Shown: in pieces, positions 28,588 through 37,013 of the stretch | Position numbering within the stretch: position 1 is the first letter of the stretch | Layout: every line of letters starts with the position of its first letter | Source of the DNA: an uncultured Bradymonadales bacterium | Lineage (GTDB): Bacteria; Myxococcota_A; Bradymonadia; Bradymonadales; Bradymonadaceae | Assembly: GCA_964566695.1 (NCBI GenBank) | Contig: CAZMJS010000008.1 | Span: 1,166-65,165 of the forward strand | Length of the DNA stretch: 64,000 bases | Direction of reading: 5' to 3' | The notes under the pieces: generated by a model | The model's database searches: none | Seen by the model: the letters and a program-made list of their open reading frames with translations, nothing else | Told to the model about the DNA's origin: nothing | Position numbers and translations under genes: made by a program

Positions 28588-30237
28588 TCAGTGCACGGGA
28601 TCGTAACCAATGAAGTACTCCGCATCATTTCGCGCCCCTCCAGACCCATCTTGGCCACCTGCCACCAGCACATGGCCATTATTGACCACAACGGCCTCTG
28701 CCCCGAGGCGACCAAATCGCATCTCTCCCATGGGCCGTTCAATGCTCTGCAGAGGGCTTTGAACATTATTGAGGTCCAGGCGATAGCGCTCTGCGCTTTG
28801 CTTGATGACGCCCTCGGCACTTCCTCCAAAAATCAGGATATCCCCCGATTGCTGCATCATCACGACCTGCATCTCACCGCGGGCCCGCTCCAATTGCCAG
28901 CCTCCCTGAACGAAAGGCTCCGATGACCTCAGCGGCGTCCCCATCTCATACCCGCTGATGGCCGAACCATTGTCATAGCCGCCTACCAATAAAACCTGCT
29001 GGTTATTCTCTGCTCCCAGGGCTAACGCGCCGTGGGCTTCCCGAGGGCGATCCATGGAGAATCCAGGCTCGCTCTCTGTGCCTCCCGCCCCCGGCGCCAC
29101 CAACTCCGTGCTCGACAGCGTTCCGCCGTCGCTGCGCCCTCCGGTCAGCCACACCGTCTGCTCATCTTCCAATAGCACAGCCCCATGCCCCACTCGGCCG
29201 TCCGTCATGGCAATGCCCGGTTCCACCTCCGCCGCCCTCGGATCGACCACCTCGATGGTGTCGCGGATATCATCATCGCCCGTCCCTAATCCACCGGCGA
29301 TGACCACCTTCCCATCAACGGGCCGATAGGTCGCCGTGTGATGGCCACGCCGCTCATCGAGCTGCACTCCCAGGGGTTGGACCCGATTGCCCGGGCTCGC
29401 GTTCAGATCGATGATCTCCAGGCTTCCCCGGGGCCGCGTCGACTCACCGCTGAGCCCGAACCCACCGGCCACTAAAAAGCGATCCTCTCCCAGGGGCGTC
29501 AAACTATGAAAGGCGCGCCCTTCCTCCATGCGATCTTGTCCGATCAACTCCGAGTCCACCGAATATTGGCCGCCCAACTCCGTAAAGTGGCCCGTCGCCG
29601 GATCAAAGAGTTGAATATCATTATAAACCTCGACGATCTCCGGCATCTCCGTGGCCCCTGCCTGGGAGCCAAGCCGTGCCCCGCCGACCACCACGATTTG
29701 ACCGGTGCTGGTCTCTGCCATCCGGTGACCGACGCGTCCAACGCCCTCCATGTCCAGACTGCTATCATCGAACACCGACGCATTGACCGACTCTTGCCCG
29801 CCGGCGAGGCTGAATACAGCCCCGATTCGCGAGAAATCCTCCACCGGACCCACCAGCGTACGGAATTGGCGAAAGGCCGTATCACCGCCACTGAATACGG
29901 GGGTATTCCCTGCCCCGACGGGCTCTCCGCCCTCGTTATACAGCGCCACTTCCAGGCGGCGCTGAGAGCCGCCGCTGACTTCTGGCATCTTCATCCCACC
30001 GCTCTCCACGGTGGTCGATTCGCTGCCCAGCACCTCTCCGTTGACGGGATCCGTCACCCGGACCACCACCGACGATGCGTCGCTCATCTCCGGCATACCC
30101 GAGCTAAACTCCGCCCCCGCCACGTGCTCTGCGCCATATACCTTCACTGAGACCTGCGCCGGGTTGTCGTCCCCGCACCCCAACGCCATCGCCACACAGG
30201 CGCTTATAACGATCCACGAGTTGCACTTGACTTGCAT
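28588..30237 (-). CDS. Kelch-repeat (beta-propeller) lipoprotein
   Basis: Lipoprotein signal MQVKCNSWIVISACVAMALGC. Repeated units of the type ...GGxxxG...E.YDP/...W... (HRMAETSTGQIVVVGG, HSLTPLGEDRFLVAGG, HTATYRPVDGKVVIAGG, HGAVLLEDEQTVWLTGG, HGALALGAENNQQVLLVGG). A GTG start at 30249 is also possible. Confidence 0.7.
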   Translation of the reverse strand: MQVKCNSWIVISACVAMALGCGDDNPAQVSVKVYGAEHVAGAEFSSGMPEMSDASSVVVRVTDPVNGEVLGSESTTVESGGMKMPEVSGGSQRRLEVALYNEGGEPVGAGNTPVFSGGDTAFRQFRTLVGPVEDFSRIGAVFSLAGGQESVNASVFDDSSLDMEGVGRVGHRMAETSTGQIVVVGGARLGSQAGATEMPEIVEVYNDIQLFDPATGHFTELGGQYSVDSELIGQDRMEEGRAFHSLTPLGEDRFLVAGGFGLSGESTRPRGSLEIIDLNASPGNRVQPLGVQLDERRGHHTATYRPVDGKVVIAGGLGTGDDDIRDTIEVVDPRAAEVEPGIAMTDGRVGHGAVLLEDEQTVWLTGGRSDGGTLSSTELVAPGAGGTESEPGFSMDRPREAHGALALGAENNQQVLLVGGYDNGSAISGYEMGTPLRSSEPFVQGGWQLERARGEMQVVMMQQSGDILIFGGSAEGVIKQSAERYRLDLNNVQSPLQSIERPMGEMRFGRLGAEAVVVNNGHVLVAGGQDGSGGARNDAEYFIGYDPVH

Positions 30238-30242
30238 AGTTT

Positions 30243-31787
30243 TCACCACTCCACCTCCGCTTCAAAGCCGGGGGCTCCATCCGATCCGCTCATCACCAAA
30301 AATAACGTTCCCGCCGTCAACAGGGCGGCCGCGCCTCCGATGCCTAAATACCGACGCCGGCTCCACCCTCCTTCATCGGGCAGCGGCCCCGGATCATCGA
30401 GGGTCACCGCCGGCTCCTCTGACGGGCTGGGCTCGGTATCCTCTGCCGGTTCCCGCTCCGCTATTTGTTCTCCCGCGGCTGCTTCTCTATCGATTTCCTC
30501 CTCTTCCTCCCCTTCCCCCGTATCGGCCACCACCGCCGGCTCCTCCGGCTCTTCGATCTCCAGCGCAACCTCCTCCACGGCCATCGATGACGGCATATGA
30601 ACCACCGCTACCGCCAGCGTCTCGGATATATCGGCGCTCCGTGACCGCAGGTTGGTCAACTGTTGGTTAAAGACCACCGCTTCCCCCTGAATGACCTTTC
30701 CATCGGACTGGCGATAGACAAAGGGATGGACCGCGTAGCCATCGGGATCGCTGTGGAGCAGCGTCCAGGCCACATAATCGGCCCCCGTCTGAGTGGCCAC
30801 CTCATCGAAATAGGGCGCCAGACTTCCGTCGAATACGCCACTGCCCAGCGTGTCTCTTAAATCCACATAAAACGATGGCAGCGCGTCCTCGTCATCGGCC
30901 TCCCCTTCATCTCTCAGCGATACCTCCACTTCTGTGACATCGCCGCCCCCGCGAACCCTGACCTTCTCGGAGTGACTGTCGTCGCCATGGCGGACCACGA
31001 GGTAGTGTTCGCCAAACCCGACATCCTCTACGTCCACCGGGGTGCGACCCACGGACTCACCATTGAGGATGACCTCCGCTCCCCGGCGATCCGATTCCAC
31101 GCGCAACACACCGGGCCCGGCGTCGGCCACCCGCTGAGCCTCTCCCCGATATAATTCGGCCAATTCCTCGGGGAGGTCATCGTAGCGCGGCGCGTCTTCC
31201 GGCACCAGATAGGCGTATTGGCGGATATGATCCCTCGCATCCAGATCAAACCCCGTGTGGTGGTGGGCGATCGCCAAATTGGCCAGGGCATCGACGAGCA
31301 CATTAAAATTGCTCAACTCCGCCACATTCTCCTCCAAGACCGTCACCGCTCGAGCCAACACATCTGCGGCCTCGTCGTAGGATTCCGCGTTGATCAGGCC
31401 GATCGCTGATGTGTAATCGCGCTCGGCTTCCGCCAATGCTTCCTGAGTGGCTTCCTCACCGGCCTGGCCGTAGAGGGCTCGGAAGCTGGCGAGCAATTCC
31501 ACGCGCCCCACCGACCCCATGCGATCGCGAATCGAATCGTCGATGCGACTCGTGACAATATCTGAGATGCTGTCGTCCAGCGACGTCGTCGACAAGAGGA
31601 GCATCCGCGCGTCGGGAGCACCGGCGCCGGCCTCCTCGCTCTGCGCGTCGTCCTGCTCCTCGGCCTCCACCTCGTCGGCGGCTTCCTCCTCGTCGGCCGC
31701 CAAGGCGACCCCGGGGCCGGCCAGACTCAGGCAGCCGCAGGCCATCAACAGGGCCACAACACCCCACATCTTTTGCTTCCAATCCAT
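30243..31787 (-). CDS. PEGA-domain envelope protein with C-terminal TM anchor
   Basis: Signal peptide. PEGA-like segment VLRVESDRRGAEVILNGESVGRTPVDVEDVGFGEHYLVV. Acidic linker, then a C-terminal hydrophobic helix (YLGIGGAAALLTAGTLFLVM). AAGGAAGAG RBS. Confidence 0.7.
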   Translation of the reverse strand: MDWKQKMWGVVALLMACGCLSLAGPGVALAADEEEAADEVEAEEQDDAQSEEAGAGAPDARMLLLSTTSLDDSISDIVTSRIDDSIRDRMGSVGRVELLASFRALYGQAGEEATQEALAEAERDYTSAIGLINAESYDEAADVLARAVTVLEENVAELSNFNVLVDALANLAIAHHHTGFDLDARDHIRQYAYLVPEDAPRYDDLPEELAELYRGEAQRVADAGPGVLRVESDRRGAEVILNGESVGRTPVDVEDVGFGEHYLVVRHGDDSHSEKVRVRGGGDVTEVEVSLRDEGEADDEDALPSFYVDLRDTLGSGVFDGSLAPYFDEVATQTGADYVAWTLLHSDPDGYAVHPFVYRQSDGKVIQGEAVVFNQQLTNLRSRSADISETLAVAVVHMPSSMAVEEVALEIEEPEEPAVVADTGEGEEEEEIDREAAAGEQIAEREPAEDTEPSPSEEPAVTLDDPGPLPDEGGWSRRRYLGIGGAAALLTAGTLFLVMSGSDGAPGFEAEVEW

Positions 31788-31876
31788 GGCTCTTCCTTTT
31801 CACTGACGCCGCCTCACGGCTCGTGGTGCGACACCCCTCCCGAGGGTCATCGGCTCCGTGCGGGCGATCAGCGCGC

Positions 31877-31905
31877 TTGCTTCGCTCGATATATAAACGA
31901 ATAAT
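31877..31905 (+). promoter_or_regulatory. candidate sigma70-type promoter for the histidine kinase operon
   Basis: TTGCTT (31877-82), 17-nt spacer, AATAAT (31900-05). Sequence match only. Confidence 0.3.
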
Positions 31906-32025
31906 CTTGGTAGCATGCCCCCTTTTTTCGCGTCAATCGCGAACTGCCTCGCCCCGGGGTATCATCGCTGCTGCCTGTGCCCTGTTGTCGCCCGACATCC
32001 CCGACCCTCCCACGAGCATCACCCC

Positions 32026-33600
32026 ATGCGCCTCGGCATCGCCACCAAAGTCTTCATTGCCTTCGCCGCTATCACCCTCGTCTTTTCTCTCGTGCTCATG
32101 TTCGGCGTCCATCGAACCCAGCTACTCCACGGTCAAATCCGAGCCCTCAATCATCAGATCGTGCCGCTGAGCCTTCACCTCAACGACATCGAAAGCGATC
32201 TCAACAACTTTCACCTCGTCCTCAACGAGGGTGATCCCGCCGTGCTGCGACGAACCCTGCAGTTGACCCGACTGTTGAATACCCTTCCCGACGATCTGGG
32301 CACCCGCCTCCAGGAGGCCGCTGACATGGCCTATCTCTCGAACCAAGATGACCTGCCGGACTCCGAGGTCGAAGCCTTCTCCGACGTCCATCACCAACTG
32401 CTGGACCTCTCCGAGAAGGGCCACCGCTTTAGCGATGACGTCACCGCCTTTAGCGACCTGGCCCTCGACGAGGACACCTCGGCGGACACCCTGTCACCGC
32501 AACTGGACGACAAGCGCGAATCCCTGCGCGACACCAGTCGCCAGATCGATGAATCCCTTCGGCACATCCGCGACGACCTGGAAAACGCCACCCACGAAGC
32601 GCTACTTCGAGCTGACGAAACAGAGCGCACCAGCGTCTACGGGTTGGTTGTCCTCAGTATTGTGGCCCTCATCACGGCCCTCATCCTCATGTATATTGTC
32701 CTCGCCACCCTTCGGCCTCTCACCGATCTGACCCACGCCGCCAAGCGAATCGGCGATGGCGACTACCGCCCCGTTGACCTGGCGGACAAACGCCTCCAGC
32801 GGGGCGATGAGATCAGCCTCCTGGCTCGCGAATTCAATGCCATGGCTCAACGCCTACGCCGGCGTGACGAGCGCCTTCACCACCAACACGAAGCGCTCCT
32901 TCGCTCCGAGCGCCTCGCCACCATCGGTCGCATGACCAGCCTCATCACCCACGAACTCCGAAACCCTCTTTCCAGCATCAACCTCAACGCCGAAATGCTC
33001 AAAGACACCCTCCACCAGCGCGGCATCGACGATGAGGATATCATGCCCCTACTCGATACCGTCATCGACGAGGTCGACCACCTCAGTGACATCACCGAGG
33101 AGTATCTGGTCTACGCCCGACTCCCTTCGCCAGACCTGGAGACCCAACCCCTAAAAACCATCTTGGAGGCCCTCATCGACTTCCATCATTGGCAATGGGA
33201 ACAGCAAGAGATCCACGTCCAGCTCCACCTGCCCAAAGACCCCATATTCGTCCTCGCCGATGCCCAACAACTTCGCCAGGCCCTCCTCAATATCGTCCAG
33301 AACGCCGTCGATGTCAGCGACCCCGGACAGACCATCGACATCTCCGTCTCCACCAGCGACGCCATGGCCCTCATCGACATTTGCGACCAGGGCCCCGGGA
33401 TGGATCCCGACGTCCAGCAGCGCCTCTTTGAGCCTTTCTATACGACCAAGACCAGTGGGACGGGACTCGGCCTCCCCATGACCCAGGAAATCATCGAGCA
33501 ACACGACGGCCACCTGCGTGTTCAATCGACCCCCGGCCAGGGATCCACGTTCACGATCGAACTCCCCCTGGACACCGCATCTAGAGGGGGCCGAGCATGA
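32026..33600 (+). CDS. sensor histidine kinase (two TM helices, HAMP, HisKA, HATPase_c)
   Basis: HAMP-like LRPLTDLTHAAKRIGDGDY..., H-box SLITHELRNPLSSI, N-box NIVQNAVD, G-boxes DQGPGM / GTGLGL. Start taken at ATG 32026 (MRLGIATKVF...); ATG 31915 is an alternative. Confidence 0.9.
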   Translation: MRLGIATKVFIAFAAITLVFSLVLMFGVHRTQLLHGQIRALNHQIVPLSLHLNDIESDLNNFHLVLNEGDPAVLRRTLQLTRLLNTLPDDLGTRLQEAADMAYLSNQDDLPDSEVEAFSDVHHQLLDLSEKGHRFSDDVTAFSDLALDEDTSADTLSPQLDDKRESLRDTSRQIDESLRHIRDDLENATHEALLRADETERTSVYGLVVLSIVALITALILMYIVLATLRPLTDLTHAAKRIGDGDYRPVDLADKRLQRGDEISLLAREFNAMAQRLRRRDERLHHQHEALLRSERLATIGRMTSLITHELRNPLSSINLNAEMLKDTLHQRGIDDEDIMPLLDTVIDEVDHLSDITEEYLVYARLPSPDLETQPLKTILEALIDFHHWQWEQQEIHVQLHLPKDPIFVLADAQQLRQALLNIVQNAVDVSDPGQTIDISVSTSDAMALIDICDQGPGMDPDVQQRLFEPFYTTKTSGTGLGLPMTQEIIEQHDGHLRVQSTPGQGSTFTIELPLDTASRGGRA

Positions 33601-34331
33601 TACCAGCCGACGTCGCCCGGACTCTCCGCGTCGCCTCGTTTAATATTCGCCTCGGCATCCAACAGGGGCTGGACGCCCTGGTCCCCCTCATCGCAGACAT
33701 GGGGCCACCGGATATTCTCGCGCTTCAGGAAGTGGGTCACCATTGGGAGATGGGGCCTTCTGGCGACACCACGGATGACCTCGCTAGACGTCTGGGCTAT
33801 CGTCACCACCGCTTCATCCCTACCATTGTACGCCACACTTGCGCCCCCATGCCGGCCCGATATGGCCACGCCCTGCTCAGCCGATGGCCCATCGTGCCCC
33901 AAGAACACACCCTTTTGCCCCGGCGCGATGACGAACCGCGCGTCCTGGCCACCTCGACCATCGTTCATCCCGACGCATCGCTGCGTTTTCTCACGACTCA
34001 CCTATCCCACTTGGATAGCGATCGCCCGGCCCAGGGCCGGGTTCTGGCCTCTCGGGCCCTCCAACTGGCATCCCGCTTCCCCACCACTTTTATTGTCGGT
34101 GATCTCAATGCCGATGGCCGCCGCCAGAGCCCCCAGTGGCTTCGGGAGCTAAAGACGCGATTCATCGATGCCGACGACCTCGCGTGTCGGCCCACCTTCC
34201 CCGCCGACGATCCCCGTCGGCGCATTGATTATATTCTCGCCTGCGGGGCTCACCTCGATCACGTGGAGGTCGTCGCACCTCGGGGAGCCTCGGACCACCG
34301 TGCTGTCCTGAGCCAGTGGTCCCTACCCTGA
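33597..34331 (+). CDS. endonuclease/exonuclease/phosphatase (EEP) family protein
   Basis: 244 aa; LRVASFNIR...DILALQEV...TTHL...GDLNA...DYIL...SDHRAV. Its ATGA start overlaps the kinase stop. Confidence 0.8.
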   Translation: MIPADVARTLRVASFNIRLGIQQGLDALVPLIADMGPPDILALQEVGHHWEMGPSGDTTDDLARRLGYRHHRFIPTIVRHTCAPMPARYGHALLSRWPIVPQEHTLLPRRDDEPRVLATSTIVHPDASLRFLTTHLSHLDSDRPAQGRVLASRALQLASRFPTTFIVGDLNADGRRQSPQWLRELKTRFIDADDLACRPTFPADDPRRRIDYILACGAHLDHVEVVAPRGASDHRAVLSQWSLP

Positions 34332-34335
34332 CCGA

Positions 34336-36867
34336 TTATTCTCTCGCCTGGCGTAGCTCATCTTCGAGTTGGTCGCGCTCCAAGATGATCTCCGCCAGCG
34401 TTTCCTCCAGCGTCTCCATCTCGGCCTGCATCTCGGCTACTACCTCGTCCACCTCTCCATTGGGCTGCGTGCCCCCCCCTTCCTGAGCCTCTTCCAGCGC
34501 TTCTTCCAATTCCTCGATGGCTCCCAGCAGCTCATCGCGCTCCTCTTGCAGGGCTTCTAACTCCTCGCCTCCCTGCTCCCCACCCTCGTTCTCCTCCGCC
34601 ATGGCCTGCCATTCATCGCGCTGCTGCTCCAACTCCTCCAACTTCGCCCGCTGGTTGGAGACCTCCTCCTGGAGGGACTCATTTTCTTCGAGCAGTTGAT
34701 TCAACCGCTCTTCTTGATCGTCGCTACTTGCCCCCTCGGTGCGCAACCGCTCGACCTCTTCTTCCAGTTCTTCGATCAACTCCTCCAGCGTCTCTCGCTC
34801 TTCCGCCACATTGCCCAGATCCTGGGTGAGCCCGGAGATATCCTCCTCTAGCTCCTGAACCGTTTCCTCGTAATCAGCGATGGCGGCTTCTTTGGCGGCC
34901 ACCTCCTCCTGCAGCGTTTGGACGTCTTCCTCATCGGGCGCCTCTTCCAGCGCCTCTTTCGCCGACTCCAATTGCCCGGTGAGGCGATCGTTATCCTCGA
35001 CCAGCTGGCGTAAATCGGAGGACAATTCCTCGAAAATCGCCTTTTTCCGAGCCCTCTCCTCGTCGAATGTTGCAACCCTCTCTCGCAACTCCTCCAGTTC
35101 CTGACTCTTTTTGCGCCGCTCCGACTGAAGATAGTCGGTCTCGCGGGCATAAGCCGCCTTCTCTTCCTTAAAGGTGTCGCGCTGGCGACGCAGTTTGTCT
35201 CGTTCCTCCGATACCCGTGCGTGCCGGGCCTGAAGGTCATCCACCAATTGGTCTTTGGAGCGCAGCTCGTCGTTGGCCGCGTCCAGAGACGCCTGGAGTT
35301 CGTCGCGCTCTGCCGTCCGGCCCTCCAGGGACTCTCGGAGTTCGTCTCGCTCCGCGACCACCTCATCCACCTCATCGAGCGGCGGACGTCGCTCCAACTC
35401 GGCGCTCAAGCCCTCGATACGCTCTTTGAGGCGCAACTCCTCGGCCCGGCTTTCTTCCAGGCTGGCACTTAATGCTTCGACGCGCTCATCGCGGCGCTCC
35501 AGCTCCTGCTCCAGCTGCTCCACTGAGTCCTCAAGGGTCGCGATCTCCTGGGTCAGCGCCTGGGTCGTCTCGTCCGATTGGTCCAATTGCTGGTCCCGCG
35601 CCTCTAGCTCGTCCTGCAACGAAGCCACCGACTCCTGGGCGTCGTTTAACGCTTCTTCCAAGCTTTGGCGTTGCCCCTCGAGGGCCTCCACCTCGGCGAT
35701 CAATTCGGCCCGCTCGCTATCGAGGTGATCCCGATCCTCGACGGCCGACTCCAGCGCCTCCTTGGAGGCCTCCAGACGCCCCACCGTCTCCTCCAACGCC
35801 TGGCGCTCGGCCTCCGTGGCCTCCAGTTGCTCTTCCAACTCCTGGCTTCGTCCCTTCCACTCCTCTTTTTGCACCTCCAGCAGCTCCATCTCTTCTTCAT
35901 CGGGAGCTTGCTCCAACTCTTCACGAAGCTGATCGATCTGCCCCATCAGCCCCCGACGCTCGTCGCTTAAACGGTCCCGCTCGCGGCGCAACCGCTTGAT
36001 CTGGGCGTCCCCGGACTTCGCGGCATCGGCGTCCACGATCTCCTTTAGGCGTTCGTTTTCGGCCTCCAATTCGGCCACCCTCTTCACCGCTGCCTCACTG
36101 GCCTCCTCCACTTCCAACGGTGACGGCGAAGCCTCAACCGGTGACTGCGAGGCCTCCGCTTCTCGCTCCGCTGTCGACACGTGGTCACGCCCATCCTCCA
36201 TTTGAGCCAGGCTCTGGGCGACCTCCGCGATCTCAGCCCCCCCTTCAATGGTCTGATCATCAAAGTCATCGGCCCCCACCGACGCGAAGGCATCCTCCTC
36301 CGACTCTACCTCAAACACCTCTTCAATATCGCCCTCGTCGAGCACGAATTGGTGATCCGTGCCCTGCTCCGGTCGGTTCTCCGCCAGGGAAGCGACCGCC
36401 GCCGTCGGCTCTTCGATCCCTCCCCCCTCAAATCCCACCGCCGGACGTTCCTGTGCCGTCGCCGACGACGATTGCAGCGACTCCACCAATTGCTGCTGAT
36501 TGACCTGAGACGTCTCATCGCTGGCCCCCTCATTAAACTCCAACGGAAATTCCCCCACCCTCACCAGATCACCGTCTTCCAGCACCTGGTTTTGGATGCG
36601 CATTCCGTTGACGTAGGTACCATTGGAACTGTTGAGATCGTAGAGGGTGCATTCCCCGTTTTCGTAGACGAATTTCGTATGCCGTCGCGACACCGATGGG
36701 TTGTTGATCCGGATGATATTGCCCGGATTTCTCCCAATCGTGATCTCCGACATCTCCTCATTGATCTCGACAACCACTTGCTGTCCCGTATCGGGATCTT
36801 CATAACTCAAGATTGGCACGGCAAAACCCCGGCTTTCGGTCGTGACGGTTGGGTGACGATTCCTCAA
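34336..36867 (-). CDS. FHA-domain protein with ~700-aa acidic coiled coil
   Basis: N-terminal FHA domain (ITIGRNPGNIIRINNPSVSRRHTKFVYENGECTLYDLNSSNGTYVNG). The remainder is heptad-like E/L/R/Q-rich sequence. The ORF-track start at 36867 is TTG; GTG at 36819 is an alternative. Confidence 0.85.
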   Translation of the reverse strand: MRNRHPTVTTESRGFAVPILSYEDPDTGQQVVVEINEEMSEITIGRNPGNIIRINNPSVSRRHTKFVYENGECTLYDLNSSNGTYVNGMRIQNQVLEDGDLVRVGEFPLEFNEGASDETSQVNQQQLVESLQSSSATAQERPAVGFEGGGIEEPTAAVASLAENRPEQGTDHQFVLDEGDIEEVFEVESEEDAFASVGADDFDDQTIEGGAEIAEVAQSLAQMEDGRDHVSTAEREAEASQSPVEASPSPLEVEEASEAAVKRVAELEAENERLKEIVDADAAKSGDAQIKRLRRERDRLSDERRGLMGQIDQLREELEQAPDEEEMELLEVQKEEWKGRSQELEEQLEATEAERQALEETVGRLEASKEALESAVEDRDHLDSERAELIAEVEALEGQRQSLEEALNDAQESVASLQDELEARDQQLDQSDETTQALTQEIATLEDSVEQLEQELERRDERVEALSASLEESRAEELRLKERIEGLSAELERRPPLDEVDEVVAERDELRESLEGRTAERDELQASLDAANDELRSKDQLVDDLQARHARVSEERDKLRRQRDTFKEEKAAYARETDYLQSERRKKSQELEELRERVATFDEERARKKAIFEELSSDLRQLVEDNDRLTGQLESAKEALEEAPDEEDVQTLQEEVAAKEAAIADYEETVQELEEDISGLTQDLGNVAEERETLEELIEELEEEVERLRTEGASSDDQEERLNQLLEENESLQEEVSNQRAKLEELEQQRDEWQAMAEENEGGEQGGEELEALQEERDELLGAIEELEEALEEAQEGGGTQPNGEVDEVVAEMQAEMETLEETLAEIILERDQLEDELRQARE

Positions 36868-37013
36868 TTGGCCAAACCGACTTCCGATGACAGAAATCGC
36901 TCGGCAACTTCGTTGACTGTGAACGCCCCTACCCTAACCCCGCACACCCCAAAATGCCAAGCGACACCGGGGACTCAACTTAGGCCTTGTCAATCAGCGA
37001 CCCCTGAGCAACC

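Noticed and set aside
36814-36828. TGGCAC sigma54 -24-like element facing the ParA-like gene
   Set aside because: The expected -12 TTGC element is absent (TGGCAC-ggcaa-AACC), and the site lies inside the FHA coding sequence.
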